Shown: piece by piece, positions 39,621 through 53,304 of the stretch
How the letters are laid out: every line of letters begins with the position of its first letter
Position numbering within the stretch: the stretch's first letter is position 1
Assembly (NCBI GenBank): GCA_964035545.1
Contig: OZ037768.1
Location: 15,855,875-15,919,874 of the forward strand
Direction of reading: 5' to 3'
From: Bugula neritina
Taxonomy: Eukaryota; Animalia; Bryozoa
Length of the DNA stretch: 64,000 nt
Notes under the pieces: generated by a model
What the model was told of the DNA's origin: nothing
The model's database searches: none
What the model saw: only the letters and a program-made list of their open reading frames with translations
Position numbers and translations under genes: made by a program

Positions 39621-42600
39621 AACAAAAAACCTGTCATAGCTTCTTGTTACTACTTTATTAGACAATACTTTCGAAAGGCTTGTGATGTACCTGATCCCGA
39701 AGTACATTTCAATATTAACCAGTATACAGAGGCTGCGCTGGTTGTTAAACCTCGCATATCCATCAGTGCTGATGATTTAATTAATACTCACGCCAAGTTG
39801 CTGGAGTATAGGGCAAAGATAGCCCCAGATTCTTTAGATGCTATACATGAATTGTTGGAGGACTTGGGGAGTGCAGCTCCTACTGTTGAAGAGCTTATGG
39901 GTTCAGGTAGGCTTTGTATATTAATAGGTATAACTACCTGGGGATAGTAAAAATATTTGTTTGGTGTGTAAACTGTTTGCTTTGTTTGAGTTTTATAACA
40001 TGTGACAACTGCAGTGTTCATCACAGCCTGCTTTATATTATTTAATTCATAATTATGTAAGAAATTAAATTTTACAATTTGCTTATACTGCTTGCAGGCT
40101 GACAGAAACCTGTGCAATTCGTTTATAGTTTATAGCTTGAGTAATTATGCAAACGTTATACATGTTTAGATATGTTACATATCATGAAATATTGTTTAAT
40201 AAACAACAAGATTGCTTATTAATTCCCTTGCAAAAAAACCTTGATTGCAATTGAATTTTCACTAAATAAACTGTTATATTTTATACTCTAGAGTCTAGAG
40301 CAAGGGTGTCCAACCTTTTCAGAGCCAGGGCCACTGAAAGGGAACATTTTATGGCAAAAGCCAGATTGTAAACTTTAGCTCATGCTGGGGGCCACAATGC
40401 CAGTAATTTTCAAATTATTTCATTCCAAACTCTTATGAATCATTACACAATAAAGTCCAATAGTCAATGCAGGCTGCATGTTTTGTCGCGTGTACACAAA
40501 TAAAACATTTAATAGGTGATTTTTTCCTTTAATTCATGAATACAGAAAAAAATAATTTTAGCTTTATGCCCTTGGGGGCCACATAAATGTAAGCTGAGGG
40601 CCACATCCGGCCCTGGGGGTCACATCCGGTCCTGGGGCCGCTTGTTGGACAGCGCTGGGCTCTAAAGTATATTTAATAGCTGTGATGGTATCATTGAAAA
40701 TCATTATACTTAAAGCAGATTGAGTATTTGTTACATTTGTAGTAGCCAATATAACGAAATGCAGAAACAAAGCACAATATAACGGACACAAAAAAGAGTT
40801 GACGAATTAACTATTATCTCTGCATATTTGCTAACCAGCAATCATAAAATGTATATACGTATTTGTTCTATATTATATGTTAACTAAAACAATAACTGAT
40901 AATCACAATAAAATTGTTGTAAAACGTACATGTAAAGTCAGTAATCAAAGTTAAGGTCAAAGCGTGTGATGCCTGGTGACTTAGCTGGTTACACAAAGTA
41001 CAGCAATATAGAAGCATGTTTATATAGATCTGTTATATTTTCAAAGTTCATATTTTTCATTTATTCAACAATAAAATTACATAATTTGTGACAATATCTT
41101 TGCAGTGCAGTGTTATTGTTGAGAAAGTGAACAACCAGCTGGTGTGGCTAAAGTAATGCAAATGATTTTTTCATCTGCTCTCTTTATAACTTGCGTTTAA
41201 CAAGTAAATATAACTTCAGCAGTGAATGTAGTTTCGCTAACTCAGTTAACACTTGCTCTGGCTGAAACTAACTTGTTTAGTCAATTGTTTGGTTAGTATC
41301 ACTATAATGAATGAATAATATTGAACAATTAATAATTTTTAGGAGACTAGCACTTTAAATATTATCTTTACAGGTGTGAATAAAGAGGATGAAATTTGCC
41401 TGATTTTAAGTAGCAAACATGAAGGGGTAGAAGATGCTAAATCAGATTTAGCCAGCCTTTTAGTCAGGTACAGCTTATCCCTAGCATGCCCAGTACAAAG
41501 TCTATAACTTTTAGTTTACAGCTCTTCTGTGTAACTGCATTAAATTGAATGTCATACTTATTATTGCAGCACTAAACAGTTGACAATAGACATTATCCGA
41601 TGTCAGCCGGGTGAGAATCTCACTGAAGTGTTAGACCGCGAAACTTCTGAGGACCAAGAACTTCAACACAGGTCAATGATATCTCTGCAGGAGCAGGTGG
41701 ACGCCCGAGCTGTTGACAAGGATGCTGCTGTCTCCAGGGCTAAGTCCGTGAAAGAGAAGAGCGAGCGAAAGTAGGGGTGTCTATTTTCTCAACTGCAATG
41801 TTTTTATTAACTTTTTATCTAAATGTTTTATATTAGCTTTGTATTTTAGAGAATTGTTAACTTTTACTGGATACTAATATTAGTTTGTTGACTGGCAGAA
41901 TGCCCCTCAAAGACAAGAAGGTGAAGGTGAAAGAAGACCTGAGTAAGCTCTCCGGAACAGGTTTCATATCCTCTGACAGTCACTATCAAGCTATGGTGAA
42001 GTTGGTAGCTCAAGATATTCGTAATCAGCGTAGATATCGAGCCGCACGTCGTCAGGTATTCTCATCTTGCCAGTCGCTGTTTTATTACTATGCTAAGCAA
42101 TATATGATGTGTGTGTGAGAGAGAGAGAGTTTGGAGAAGCTCTATGTAACTCTTCGTTTTCCTCCAGGATCTGCGCAAACTTGCCGACACCAAAGCTAAT
42201 CTTCAGAAGAAGAAATTGTTCTTTGAGTCTCAGATAGAATATTACAATACCTACGTCAAGGCTTGCATGGCCAACATGCTGGCTGCAGGCAAGCGGTATG
42301 TTAGAGTCTCTTAGTTTCTACGTCTTCAGTCTTTGCTGTTGATAATTGTTTTTCTTTATAAAAAATATAGAGCAACACGTGTTTCTATAATGTGTTGATG
42401 TCTTACATTTGTTTTCGGTTTCTTATTCTACGTTAGATGAGAAACGTCATGTCTAGTATAGGATGTTAAATTGTTTGGGAAAATATAATAAGGTACACAC
42501 AAATGTCAACAACACTAAATGCCGTTTTCTATTGATTAGGGTTTGCTGTTTGATATGCTGAACTGTAATAATTTATATCAGTGTGTACACCTGAACACTC

Positions 42601-44324
42601 ATATTATGTATGCAAAAGATATTGCATCATCGCTTTTGCTGCTAGGCGATCCCTGACTCTTGGCCTACACATTGGGTTTGTATATTGGCTGCAGTAATAA
42701 TAATTTATGCTAACCAATTATATGAATCTAATGGGTAAAATGCAGGTTATGGTTGGGTACTTTTTATTTAATTCTTCAGACCAGCGGTTTACAGATTATT
42801 CAAGTTTAATGTAGCCAGTCACTGAAATGTAACACTAATTATGTGGTGTATTGTTTCTCAATCCTTGCCACTGTTTTTTGTTCAGGAGAATCATATTGTA
42901 TTTATCAAGGCGATACTAACTTCAAAGCTTTTGTATACAGCTGTAAACTAATTTCTTATTGCTCAGTAGTCTAGAAGTCAATACCTTCAACCATCGCTGC
43001 TCCAACATAATCTTCTAACACAAATCAGATGCTAACTTGGGTCAGCATTGCTTGTGGTTAGAGTTTTTAATAAAGTATTTCAAATGACTGATCCTGTTTA
43101 ACAGTGATGACTTGTATGGTACAAGTTGCATGGCCTTATGCTGTTGGTATGCTGTGTTTGCTTGGCAGGAGAAGTCGCTCGAGCTATGTTAGCACCAGTT
43201 CCCCCATAGAGGAGGACCAGAAGCCAAAGAAAGGCAAGAAAGAACCAAAACATCAAACTATAAAGTACACAGCTGCTAAGTTACATGAGAGGGGCATTGT
43301 GTTAGAGATTGATGGCATTAGCCCTAATCAGTAAGTCTAGCCCGCCATATTACATTGTAATATTCGTAATATTATTATTATATTATACTAATATATCATT
43401 TTATTATATTATAATGTTATAATAATATGTTAAATTATATTTTATAGTGTTATATTATGATATCGTTATGTTGTACTTTTCTAGTATACTGTTAAATTAA
43501 TTCTTTAAATTTGAAGAGCATTTTTATCATGAGTCAGTTGGTTAGAATGATCCATGTGTTTTATACAGACCTTAGTATTAGTGTAGGTAGTGTCTCTGCT
43601 AGACTCAGGGGAAGGAAACACATGAAATAACTGAGTAGCTAGAAAATAGGCTATGTCTGTGCTGGGTTGCCAACCTTAGGGTTCTGATTGCATCTGCCAC
43701 ATACTTGAATAATATTGAAGGTTGAAGTTAAAGGTTTAGTATTAAGTGTAATGTGTCTGTGTTAGTGAGGTGTAAGGTATGAGGAAACATACTAGATGGA
43801 GACTAGAGCCATCATTTTATAAATGGTTGACATTTTAGTAAAAGTATTTCATTTGAAAATTAAGTGTCATTAATCTTTGTATTGGTGACAGTTATATATT
43901 CTACGCAGTATATTTCACTCAAGTGTTGTTATTATGATATGCTTACAGGTACAAAAATGTACAGTTTGAGATTAGCACTACAGTAGATCCTGCTGTATTC
44001 CAGTGTACTGCTAAAGTACTAACCGTATCAGAAACACACACACTCAAGTTGCAGGTTTGTATGAAAACTCAAAATATACGTATCTGGATTGTGTGACAGC
44101 GTCTCAGTTGTTGTCTACATCTCCTTTGTATAGATGAAACACTGAAGCCTTCTAAGTTAGCAGTTTGGTACAGTTTTAGAACGTTAAAGATGTTTGTAAT
44201 GTTGTAGGAGCTGTTACAGCTGCAGTATGAAGGTGTGGCTGTTATGACATTATTTGATAGAGCTAAGATTAACGTGAACCTGCTGATTCATCTACTTAAT
44301 AAGAAGTTCTACATCACCAAATAA
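18437..44324 (+). CDS. IQGAP: Ras GTPase-activating-like protein IQGAP (IQGAP1/2/3 co-ortholog), about 1750 aa: CH domain, IR repeats, WW, 4 IQ motifs, GRD, RasGAP_C, C-terminal domain
   Basis: 36 phase-consistent GT-AG exons, 5253 nt: 18437-18749, 19613-19733, 20654-20810, 21556-21633, 23189-23333, 24696-24862, 25062-25190, 26210-26300, 26476-26636, 26838-26925, 27543-27703, 27919-28119, 29314-29395, 29795-29958, 30047-30122, 30390-30557, 30957-31099, 31290-31460, 32199-32282, 32448-32589, 34070-34156, 34543-34664, 35105-35242, 36024-36262, 36858-37007, 37717-37942, 38102-38269, 39127-39197, 39662-39906, 41374-41467, 41570-41770, 41899-42055, 42168-42295, 43169-43330, 43949-44054, 44208-44324. 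Hallmarks: AYEYLCHLEEAK, YCIHALS, QMPAFGKIGGILANE, MDIKIGLLVKNRITLE, GNLLYYRY, LLQLQYEGVAVM, NVNLLIHLLNKKFY. Confidence 0.96.
21236..21372. repeat. Intronic minisatellite (tgtggtgttactac / tgtgttgtgatac units)
   Basis: Visible 13-16-bp tandem units. Confidence 0.7.
28604..28812 (+). mobile_element. tRNA-derived SINE, copy 1
   Basis: tRNA-like head with GGTTCGAACCC B box; body shared with three other copies (AATTGCTCCTGTG); TSD gtttaagtg[t/c]att at 28590-28602 and 28813-28825. Confidence 0.85.
31111..31292 (+). repeat. 19-bp minisatellite filling IQGAP intron 17 (gtgttatagaatagcatat-like, about 10 units)
   Basis: Direct read; the last unit supplies the 3' splice site. Confidence 0.85.
33025..33237 (-). 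mobile_element. tRNA-derived SINE, copy 2
   Basis: Reverse-complement match to the 28604 copy (cacaggagcaattatga...gaccacggctgctccc). Confidence 0.85.
34685..35090. repeat. (ACT)n microsatellite with degenerate flanks filling IQGAP intron 22
   Basis: Pure actactact core about 34910-35025; source of the poly-Thr ORF. Confidence 0.95.
36395..36555 (-). mobile_element. tRNA-derived SINE, copy 3 (internally deleted)
   Basis: Same head and core; flanked by an imperfect TSD aaactt[g/a]g[t/c]aaga[t/c]atta. Confidence 0.8.
39549..39615. repeat. (TA)n microsatellite
   Basis: About 30 TA units. Confidence 0.97.
40301..40657. mobile_element. hAT (Charlie-like) MITE
   Basis: TIRs CAAGGGTGTCCAAC / GTTGGACAGCGCTG; left target GTCTAGAG; GGGCCACATCCGGCC subterminal repeats. 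Confidence 0.75.
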
Positions 44325-44730
44325 AGGAGCTTTTGTCTTCAATATAGAGACATCATGAAATAATATTCTATATTTTATTGTTAGTAAGTTTAATATATCT
44401 GTAGGGGTCTAGATCTAACTCATTATATATATTTTGTTAGTTTCTGTAAGCTACCAACTAGAATGTGTCTTGTCGCTCACTCATCATAAACACACAGTTT
44501 ATCTACGCATAATTCTGTTGGAGATTACCAACTGGTGTTCTCGGATACCTTTTAAAATATAATTATGATTATGGTGCTGAATTTGTCTGATAGTATTTAG
44601 CAGTTAATGTTACGTGTTACAAGGATTTCGCTTCTAATACAATTTTATTCTTGTGGAAGTTTGTTGCTTCTTTATGTGGTTTGCTCTAATTCTATAATGT
44701 AATTAAATTTGCTTGGTTTATGTGACCAAA

Positions 44731-44736
44731 AATAAA
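44731..44736 (+). terminator. Probable IQGAP polyadenylation signal AATAAA
   Basis: About 400 nt after the stop and followed by T-rich sequence; other AATAAA copies lie nearby. Confidence 0.45.
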
Positions 44737-47700
44737 CAAACATTATTTCTCTATATACATCTTAATTTTTTGATTGCATGTGTCGCATGGTGCCACAGCA
44801 TAGTGTTATAATGAAGCAATAGTATTAATTATTAGTGGTATTTATTCTACTTACTACTACTAAGAAGTTTGTTGCATGCATTTAAAACAAAACTTCCGCC
44901 ATGGGTTGGGTTTGTGCTAATAAAAAATTTGAGTAGATATAAATTCAAAATAAAGAATAAATTTAGAAAATCATTTATTTTTATACTCGTGAACCTATAT
45001 TAGTGCACGAAATGCATCATGGTTATATATTTATGCTGGTCTTAATTCGTGTGTGAGAACCAGCCAATCAGCATGGAATGCAAAATAGATCAAAGGATTT
45101 ATTGCCAAATCTTGGAAACTAGAAAGTATTTTAACAGTTAAATTGTAAATTATTGAATATCAAACAATTTATGCTATAGACTATTAGAATTTGTAAAGCA
45201 ACTGCTGCTGCTTTTTTCATATGTGCTGCTTGTTTTTTAATGAAAGAAAAACCAATAAATTGATAAATGAACTTTGTATCAAGTTAAACAACAGGCATGA
45301 CAAGCAACCAAGCATAGAAAAATTTGTGAACATTGCCTGAACTAAAGCATATCTCTTTAAAAGTATCTTTATCGAAAGTGAGGTTACTAAATTTGCTGTA
45401 GAATATTGTCATTCAACCATATCTGTAAAAAGGATCTCTGTCACTGGAATCGGCTATCTAAAAATTGTTGTATTTAGTGAACAAATAAGTTAATTTGTTG
45501 CTGGATACTATATAAGACAACATACACAAGCTTGAGGGACATTGAATTATCCATACCTGTCAACAGTTCTTGCGACTTTATTCTAAATAAACAATTATTA
45601 ATTCAACTAGTGACGTAGCACACAAGGCACCTGAAAATATAATATTGTTCCTTAATTATTAGCTGAAATGACTGGTTATATTTGCGCCTATGAACAAATA
45701 TATAATTTAATCATTCACTCTGGGCTCCTGCATGTAATAAACCAAACACTCAGACTTTCCATTCATTTCAACCATGAAGAATGGGTTGAACATGCTCATG
45801 TATGAGGACTCATATATTGCATGTTTGCAGTGTAGGCCGACTTGCATATGTACAGATGTTATTACATCTTATGATAGAAGCATCTTTTTGGTAAAACAAT
45901 GCTACAGTTGTGGCTTAATGTAAGTTTAGGAAAATATAACAAAGAATAGGGTCTCCCAGGTCCTGAAGGGGACTTGTCACCAGTATAATGTCACATCTAA
46001 TGGTAACTTCATTAAATAACTAACCAATCAAATCATCTACTACTAAAAATATGAAGCTTGGTTGGCGTTCTGCCAGCCAACAGTAACCACTGAATCTAAA
46101 AACAGTGTTGACATGTTTAGCTTGATACTATCTCATTATTGAATGACAGATATCACTTTTAACACTGTGAATCAGTTATAGCTTGTTTTGCGGCTGTCTA
46201 AATGCCTGAATAAAATTCACTATTAAATAGTTGAACTTTTGGACGGACTACTAGGATATCTATAGATTTGGTAGCAAATAATTTTGTCGCAATCAATGAG
46301 GCAATATTTTCAACATTGCTGAAAGTCGCTACTCTATAGTTTTTATGATTGACTACTGAAGTGTTGAAAAAAGATCAGGTTAGTGTTATGAAATATCAAT
46401 GATGTTAGTTTGTGTTGTCCCTTGTACAATCCTATGCCTGCCAAGCAGTGCATTACTCAGTAAACTGTACTGTAAAGCACTAAAATAAAATGAATTATCA
46501 GTAGTTGGTTAAAACATACTTGAGTAGAGGAAGTATAGATAAGCTAAATAGTAGAGTATATACTATATAGTATTATCATTCAAACATGGTCATTGGATTT
46601 CAGTACTCTTATAAGCAACACTAAGTACGACGCTTGCTTGGTTTGTTGGAGCTATTCGTCAAGTTGTAGTGATAGTACATACGGCGAACATCTACTAGTG
46701 TTTCCTCATCACAACTGTAAGTATTTCTTATCTAGTTGAAATGTCTACCAAGTAAGTAATCACAATGTATGAGAATACAAAATGTAATGGTGACCAACCA
46801 GTAGTAAAACAAGTAAAATGAGTAAATTGGGTTCAAGAAAATATATTAAGTTCTATTATTTATTAAAAGTTTGCATTTTTAAACAGGCATTAGTTTATTA
46901 TGTACAAACAAAAATCATGCAACAATATTTAAGTGGGAATATGGTATCCACAGTACATAAGTATAATGTATGTAGCATCTCTGCGTATTTTAGTGGTTTA
47001 TGGCGACACTATAAAAGTGTATAAATTAAGAAGAACTGCACACAGTGTTATAATAGTGTCACAGACAGCATACCATATGTAGTTAATTCGTTCCCAACTA
47101 CTAAAAGTTAAAGAATATTCAGCTAGATAACCTTATTAAACTGCCGATGCCATGCTTTGTGGTTGGGTTACTCAATGGGCCTGTGATAATCACATACCAT
47201 AATGCCATAGGGTTACAATTGCTCCTGTACTACCTGAACGATCTTAAACCATTTTGTTAGTACGAGCTCAGGTAAAATCATTACTTGATCCGTAAAAAGT
47301 GAGCTCAAAGGACGCTGTAGGTTTTGCAACTGGGAAAGTGTCAGAGTGTGCCGGTTGTTGAATATAAAGTTGTCAGCACTTGTATGAATACAGTAAACAA
47401 GGCACGGTGGGCTCGGGATGAGTGGCTGATAGAGTCTGCTTCATGATTTTAATAGTCAACACTGCAAGGCAGTACCAGCTTGTCATGCTTATTATGGACA
47501 CCTCAAACTATAAACACAATAGCTACACCATTGAGTGAGGCTTTCTGGAATGGTGCTTTGAAAGAGCTATGGCGTTACTTGAGTTTTAGTTGAACTGCAT
47601 CTACCTTTTATTGTTACTCTAGATGACCCAGCTGATGCTTGCAGTCATAGCATTATTCTGCTACAGTAAACCCACATTTATTTCTCATAGCAATCTTTAC

Positions 47701-48553
47701 AAAAGCCTGATTTTAAGAGTTGTCGGGAGACTTCTTTGTCTCAAGCTATGCCTTGAAATTGGATGTCTTCAAATTGGATGGTCTTCCTAAGCCACCAAAT
47801 GTAGAGTTTGGACTACCAGCCCAGCATAACTTGAGTTATCCAAGTGCCTCTATCTACAAAGCCACAGCTGCTTGCTATTCTAAAGTAACTTTAAATAAAC
47901 CAAGCATTGCCTCTGGATTGGTGATATTGTGTAGCATATTTTCATTTGAGATCAGCTCTGGTATCACAAGAAATTCAACATGTGTAGCTTGTATCATCAG
48001 TATTTATAATCACACTCAGATTAATAACAGTAATGGAAATTCTAAGTGTATTGCCTATAAATTATAATTTAATCACTGCCTAATAATCTAATACAAGCTA
48101 CAAATGTATAAATTAGCTAAAAAAGTGCTACATTTGAGAAGCATAAACCCTAAATTTTGTTTGAAACAGTTTTTAAAATATTATATAAACTTATATAGAA
48201 ACATTGACACCAAATGTATTACCATACAACCAGCAGCTTCTATATAGAGCATCTATAATACAGTTTAGTATATGCAAATAGATAGGTTTCGCGTGCATTC
48301 ATACCACTTATTGCTATTATCGTTGTTGTTGTTAATCTAAGGGAATAAATTTTTCAATAACAATTTGTAATTGTTGGCATTTTAAATTTGTGGTAGGCAT
48401 ACCTTATATTATGGTCGGCAATCACATTGCAACATTCAATTTAATAGACTGCATAACGGCAATTATCTGTTTCACTTTAGAAAGTGCAAGTTCTTTTAGT
48501 TTTATTTCAATTTTAGTTTTAAGGACATGAATTTTTATGATGCTCTTACAATA

Positions 48554-48771
48554 ACTCATTCACGAAAGCTTATAGTCACCATCCCTGTAAAAAACCCTGA
48601 TGGAAAGGGCTTGTAGTTAAACCGAGCTAAGGACTTATTCAGATGAGGCACAGGAGCAATTAGGACTGAATGTTCTTCCTAACACCACCAATGGCCTTTA
48701 CAGGGGTCCAATCTCATGACTTCAGATTTACTAAGCCAAAAGCTTTAACCCCTAGACCACGGCTGCTTCCC
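48554..48771 (-). mobile_element. tRNA-derived SINE, copy 4
   Basis: Full-length reverse-complement match to copies 1-3. Confidence 0.85.
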
Positions 48772-51700
48772 AATGCTTCTATACTAACATTATTATTAAA
48801 ACTGTTTAAATTGCATGTTGTCCTAATAATTTAGAAGCCTAGTCTCATATTAAATGAACATTCTTATAGTTGTAAGTTTAAAGTGAAGTAATAGTTAAAA
48901 TAATTAAGTAATTTTTAGTGACAGGCTGATTTTTAGGAAGGATCTAGTTTCATTACTGAAGATAGACTCATAAGAACTAATACAACAAGCCACATCCTCT
49001 CAATACTCATATATTTAACACTTGCTTTTACCAGTACGATGGTATATACATCATCGTTTCTGATTTTGCATGAAAACTCATTTCTCTAACTACTATTAAT
49101 ATTTGTTATTCTCGGTTTAGAGATATTTTTTTAAAAATCATGACAAAAACAAAGAATATGCAAATTCGTGACTTGCAGACACAATCATGCATATAGAGTT
49201 ATAATGTGACCTTAGTTTTTCTTTTTGAGCTAACAATTTAGGTTTTTAACTCTAATAAATATTGTATTTAATAGTTCTAGTTTTTATTAAAGTCTGCTAT
49301 TCATAGTTAGGAGGAAAATTAAGTTGAACCATGAAGTTTCACTCATTTAGTATATTTTTGTCTCTTTTCAATAATGAACATGTCTGTGTAAAGTTGTCTT
49401 CTTTTAAAATCACTCCTCATCAAAGTAATATTTTATCAATTTAGTAACTGGGTTGTGGTAGGGTGTTGTACAAGTATATCTTCTCAGTCCTATGATCAAC
49501 AATATAACTGTCAAAGATTGTTGAGCTTATTAAACGCACTAACAATTTCTGAGATTTGCAGAATGCATTTGAGACAATTGTTAAAATTGAGGCCTAAAGA
49601 AGTTAGAATGTAATTTTGATATAAGTAGATGACTTATGCTTGCATGAGAGTGGAAAATTAAAAATCTAGATATTTATAGCGAAGTTGTAAGTAAGAACAT
49701 CACAAATAGGCAACTGATACTAAAATCTAGACATAACTGTTAGAGTTTAGACAAACCAATTTGCTTTTAAAAACTGTTTGGACAGCCATACTCTATTCTG
49801 TTTGATAGTAAAAATCTGTGTAAGAACTTTGATCTTTGAAACAATTGTGAGCTACTGAAGTGTAGATAGCTGATTATACAAGTTATTCATTACTTTCAGT
49901 GCAAGAGTGTTATGGTAATTATGTATCTTATCTATATGCACGGGTTCATAAATTTTAAGTTCACTATTATATGTAACATGCAATATTGATATGATAATGG
50001 AATGTAGAGTGAAGGGTAGAGATAATGAAACTTTACTAATAATATTTTTTCATAGAAACTAGATAAACTAGTTGTTCAAACATCACTTAGATTGATACAA
50101 AAGCAAAAAATTTGGTTTCCAGTCTGTATATGTGATTAAGCTTTTTACTTATAAGAGTAAAATACAAATATTTTGCGTTATTTCTGTACATAAAGAAATA
50201 AAAACACACACAGCTCATCTGAAATCGATCGATGATACATAGATTAAAAATATATGTAATTTTTCAAAAAGTTGACATCTGAAACTATAATTCTTCCTGC
50301 TACAATTATTTATTTAGTTACAATTAGTCACAATTTATTTAGAGCCACTAATTAGCTATTCAGTTTAACTTTTGCTAGAGTTATTGATGAGATTGACAAA
50401 GAGTGTACTTTATCAACATATTGTACCTCTCTCCTCTCACATTTAGAGGGGAGGGGGGGAGAAGTATAAACAGGTGATTCATTATCTCTTACAAATTTAA
50501 ATCTACCTCAACTTATTTCAGTTATGACATTCATTTTCACTCCGAAAGAAACGTTTGGCTCTTACCTTTAGCTGAATTTATTAATTGAGTCTCACCTCTG
50601 CTACTTGTCATTTCATCAACTAAATGGAAGGTAGTTTGCTAACTCTGTCAGTGCTACACAAGATTGGTATAAGGAAATGAATGTAAACTATTGCGTTTTA
50701 TTAGAAATTTCAAGTTCTGAAAATATTAAGATAAAAATTGGTTTTCTTTTAATTGAATCTAAGCTGTTTCATATCCAAGATCTCAAACATCGAAATTAAA
50801 AGCCCAAAAATGGTTGAAAATTATTTTTATTGACAAGTACAGGAGCTCAGAAAACATTTCAATTCTAGTTCAATACTAGTGTTGACCTTAACTAATATAT
50901 TACTTTTGTTTTGTAAAATGCAGATGATGATATGTACAACATGTCAAGGTCTTATATATTTGCTGATGGTAACTGATGACTGTAGAGTGTTGTTAGATTA
51001 ACTTTCAATACTATCAGTCGACAGTTGAATGTTCATCCCACACTATAAGATAATTTTACTTGAGGTTGAAAGAGGTCCCTAATCTCTGGTAAAAATATAA
51101 TGAAATCATCATCAAAATTCCCAGTTCAAGAAAAGCCATGTTTTGAATTGAGATTTTCAGAATGTTCCATGGAAGCCTATATACTATGTGTAAAATTATT
51201 ATCTGTTGTATCGGCATGTAAATAATGTACATAATTTAGTAGTAGACAAGTAAAGTGTTGGCTATATATTGCAATATAATATACTGAGTTTTGCATAACA
51301 AATAATCAACTTTTCTGTATTGTTTGCTCTGAATAGCAAGCAGTAAAATATACTATTCATTTAGTAATTATAATGGCTGGTTATTAAATAATAGAAAATA
51401 AGAGAGAATAAAAACACTGGCATCTAAAGCATATGAAAGAGATTTTTCCTATTTAACTTAATTAATCGGATTTTTTATGAACAGAATTTGTTAAATTAGT
51501 TGTTGAGAAAATATAAATAAACACTACAAAAGTAATTAGCTTAGAGAATTCACTATACATCAATGCAGAGCTTTGTTGATAACATGAAACAGGTGCCCTG
51601 TTGAATAAAACATAAATTGTAATACTCAGGGTGACATGATATGATAAAATAATATAATATAAAATATTGCAGTAACAGAATGCACACACACAGATTAATA

Positions 51701-52136
51701 ATATTGTTATGATGTATTATATAATGCCTGTATAATAATGCCTAACTTACAAATTTATTGCCCTATATAAGTGTTACTAGCATGTATATTATTCTTAATA
51801 GTTTGACCTTTAACCTGTATGTACAAATAAAACGTATAAAAATGTAGTATATAATATAATCATATTATTACATCATAACTGTATAATTATGATAAAATGA
51901 CAAAACAGTTATATTTATTAAATTATAAGTGGTGTAAATTATGTTAATTACAGTTATGTTGAAAATGTGAGACTTTACTTCTTATTAAACTAATGGCTAA
52001 TGATTTGTAGGCTAAGAGACTTGTTCACTATCTGCTGTGTGCTATCCAAAGGAGGGGCTTAGGTTAACAATAGATTTTGTTGTCATTTATATTTGCACTA
52101 GTCCGAAGATGGATTCCCTTCAAGATCAGTCTATAC

Positions 52137-53304
52137 CAGTGGTTCCCAGCCTTTTTCATACTATTACCCCTTTCATCAATATTGGTTATTAATTTCTCCC
52201 TTTTGAAAAGAGAAAAAATGTATGACTGACATAATGTTGATATATAATGCAATGCAATACAATTTGCATATATTTGCATATAATATGATTATCACAATAG
52301 TTATATTACAATTGTTATTAAAACACAAAGCAGTTTAATTATTAATGTTAAGGTTGCAGTTGATGCTTTTGTGCCAGCTTGCTTAAGCCTGGCCCTGTTT
52401 GTGACCAGGCCCATCTTAAGTCACTCTGCAGGATAAGGCTGCTTCTTTTCTCTTTGAATTGATGAGAATCCTACTTCACATGGATAGGTGGTGCTGGATG
52501 GCACCATGACACGGCTTTGTCGGTATGTGAGGGAAGAGTTTGCTTGTTGAAGCTCAGAATGATTTTAGGTAAAAATGGCACAGGTAAAAATGGCACAGGT
52601 AAAAATGGCACAAGTAATAATGGCACAAGTAATAATGGCACAAATAGAAAATTAGGTAAAATTTGCATATTTTCAATATTAGAATTGAAGATTTGAGTTG
52701 GGGGTCAGGGGTTCAGGATGGGGGTTTGGGGGTTTGAGTTTTGGAAAAATTCAACACCAGTGTACCATTTTTAGCTAGAATCGGAACATGTTTTTCTCCT
52801 ATAATAGTTCATTGAGAGTGGGGAAAGACACCATGTTTTTGATAGAGATGCCACCACTTTAATGCAACTTTAAAAACATTGCTGCTGTTATGAAAAGCAA
52901 TGGTATGATAGTTGCGCTCCTGCATTTTTAGGTTCAGATTATTTAGTGTAGCAAATATATTCACTAGGTATGTAGTATACAGTTGACAGAGATTGACTTG
53001 CCTGGCTGCTAAAAGTTGGCCTGTTGGTTTTTGCAAATTTTCTGACCTACATTCGAAGTAGTACAGAGAGCAGTTAGGGTAGAGTAATTAATAAACACAT
53101 TAATTCATGTAGAAGTAAACTAAGATTGCAGAATATGGTTTGGTTAAGTAAATAAACTAAGATGGAGGTTTGTAGATATACATGTAACTTGCAAGAGCTT
53201 TAAAAGCCTTCAGCAAGCTGCGTAAAGTTTTCAAAATTCAAACTCCCCCTAAAATGTCCAAATTCCCTCCTAGCGGGAATTTTACCCCAGGTTGGGAACC
53301 ACTG
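52137..53304 (-). mobile_element. hAT (Charlie/Buster-type) non-autonomous DNA transposon with transposase remnants
   Basis: TIR CAGTGGTTCCCA[G/A]CC; 8-bp TSD GTCTAT[A/G]C (52129-52136, 53305-53312); minus-strand remnants YLVNIFATLNNLNLKMQ and C-terminal DLR...KL...QLQP*H resemble Buster/ZBED5-type transposases. Confidence 0.85.
52561..52782. mobile_element. Foldback-type MITE with 15-bp tandem subterminal repeats (GGTAAAAATGGCACA), nested in the hAT element
   Basis: Terminal inverted repeat GATT[T/C]TAG[G/C]TAAAAATGG[C/T]ACA; five tandem units; related inverted copy at 58804-59060. Confidence 0.75.

Noticed and set aside
45831-48067. Exon-like pieces (Cys-rich 45831-45919; donor near 46717; ORF 47720..48067)
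   Set aside because: No coherent gene model or recognisable domain; could be non-coding 5' exons or decayed elements.
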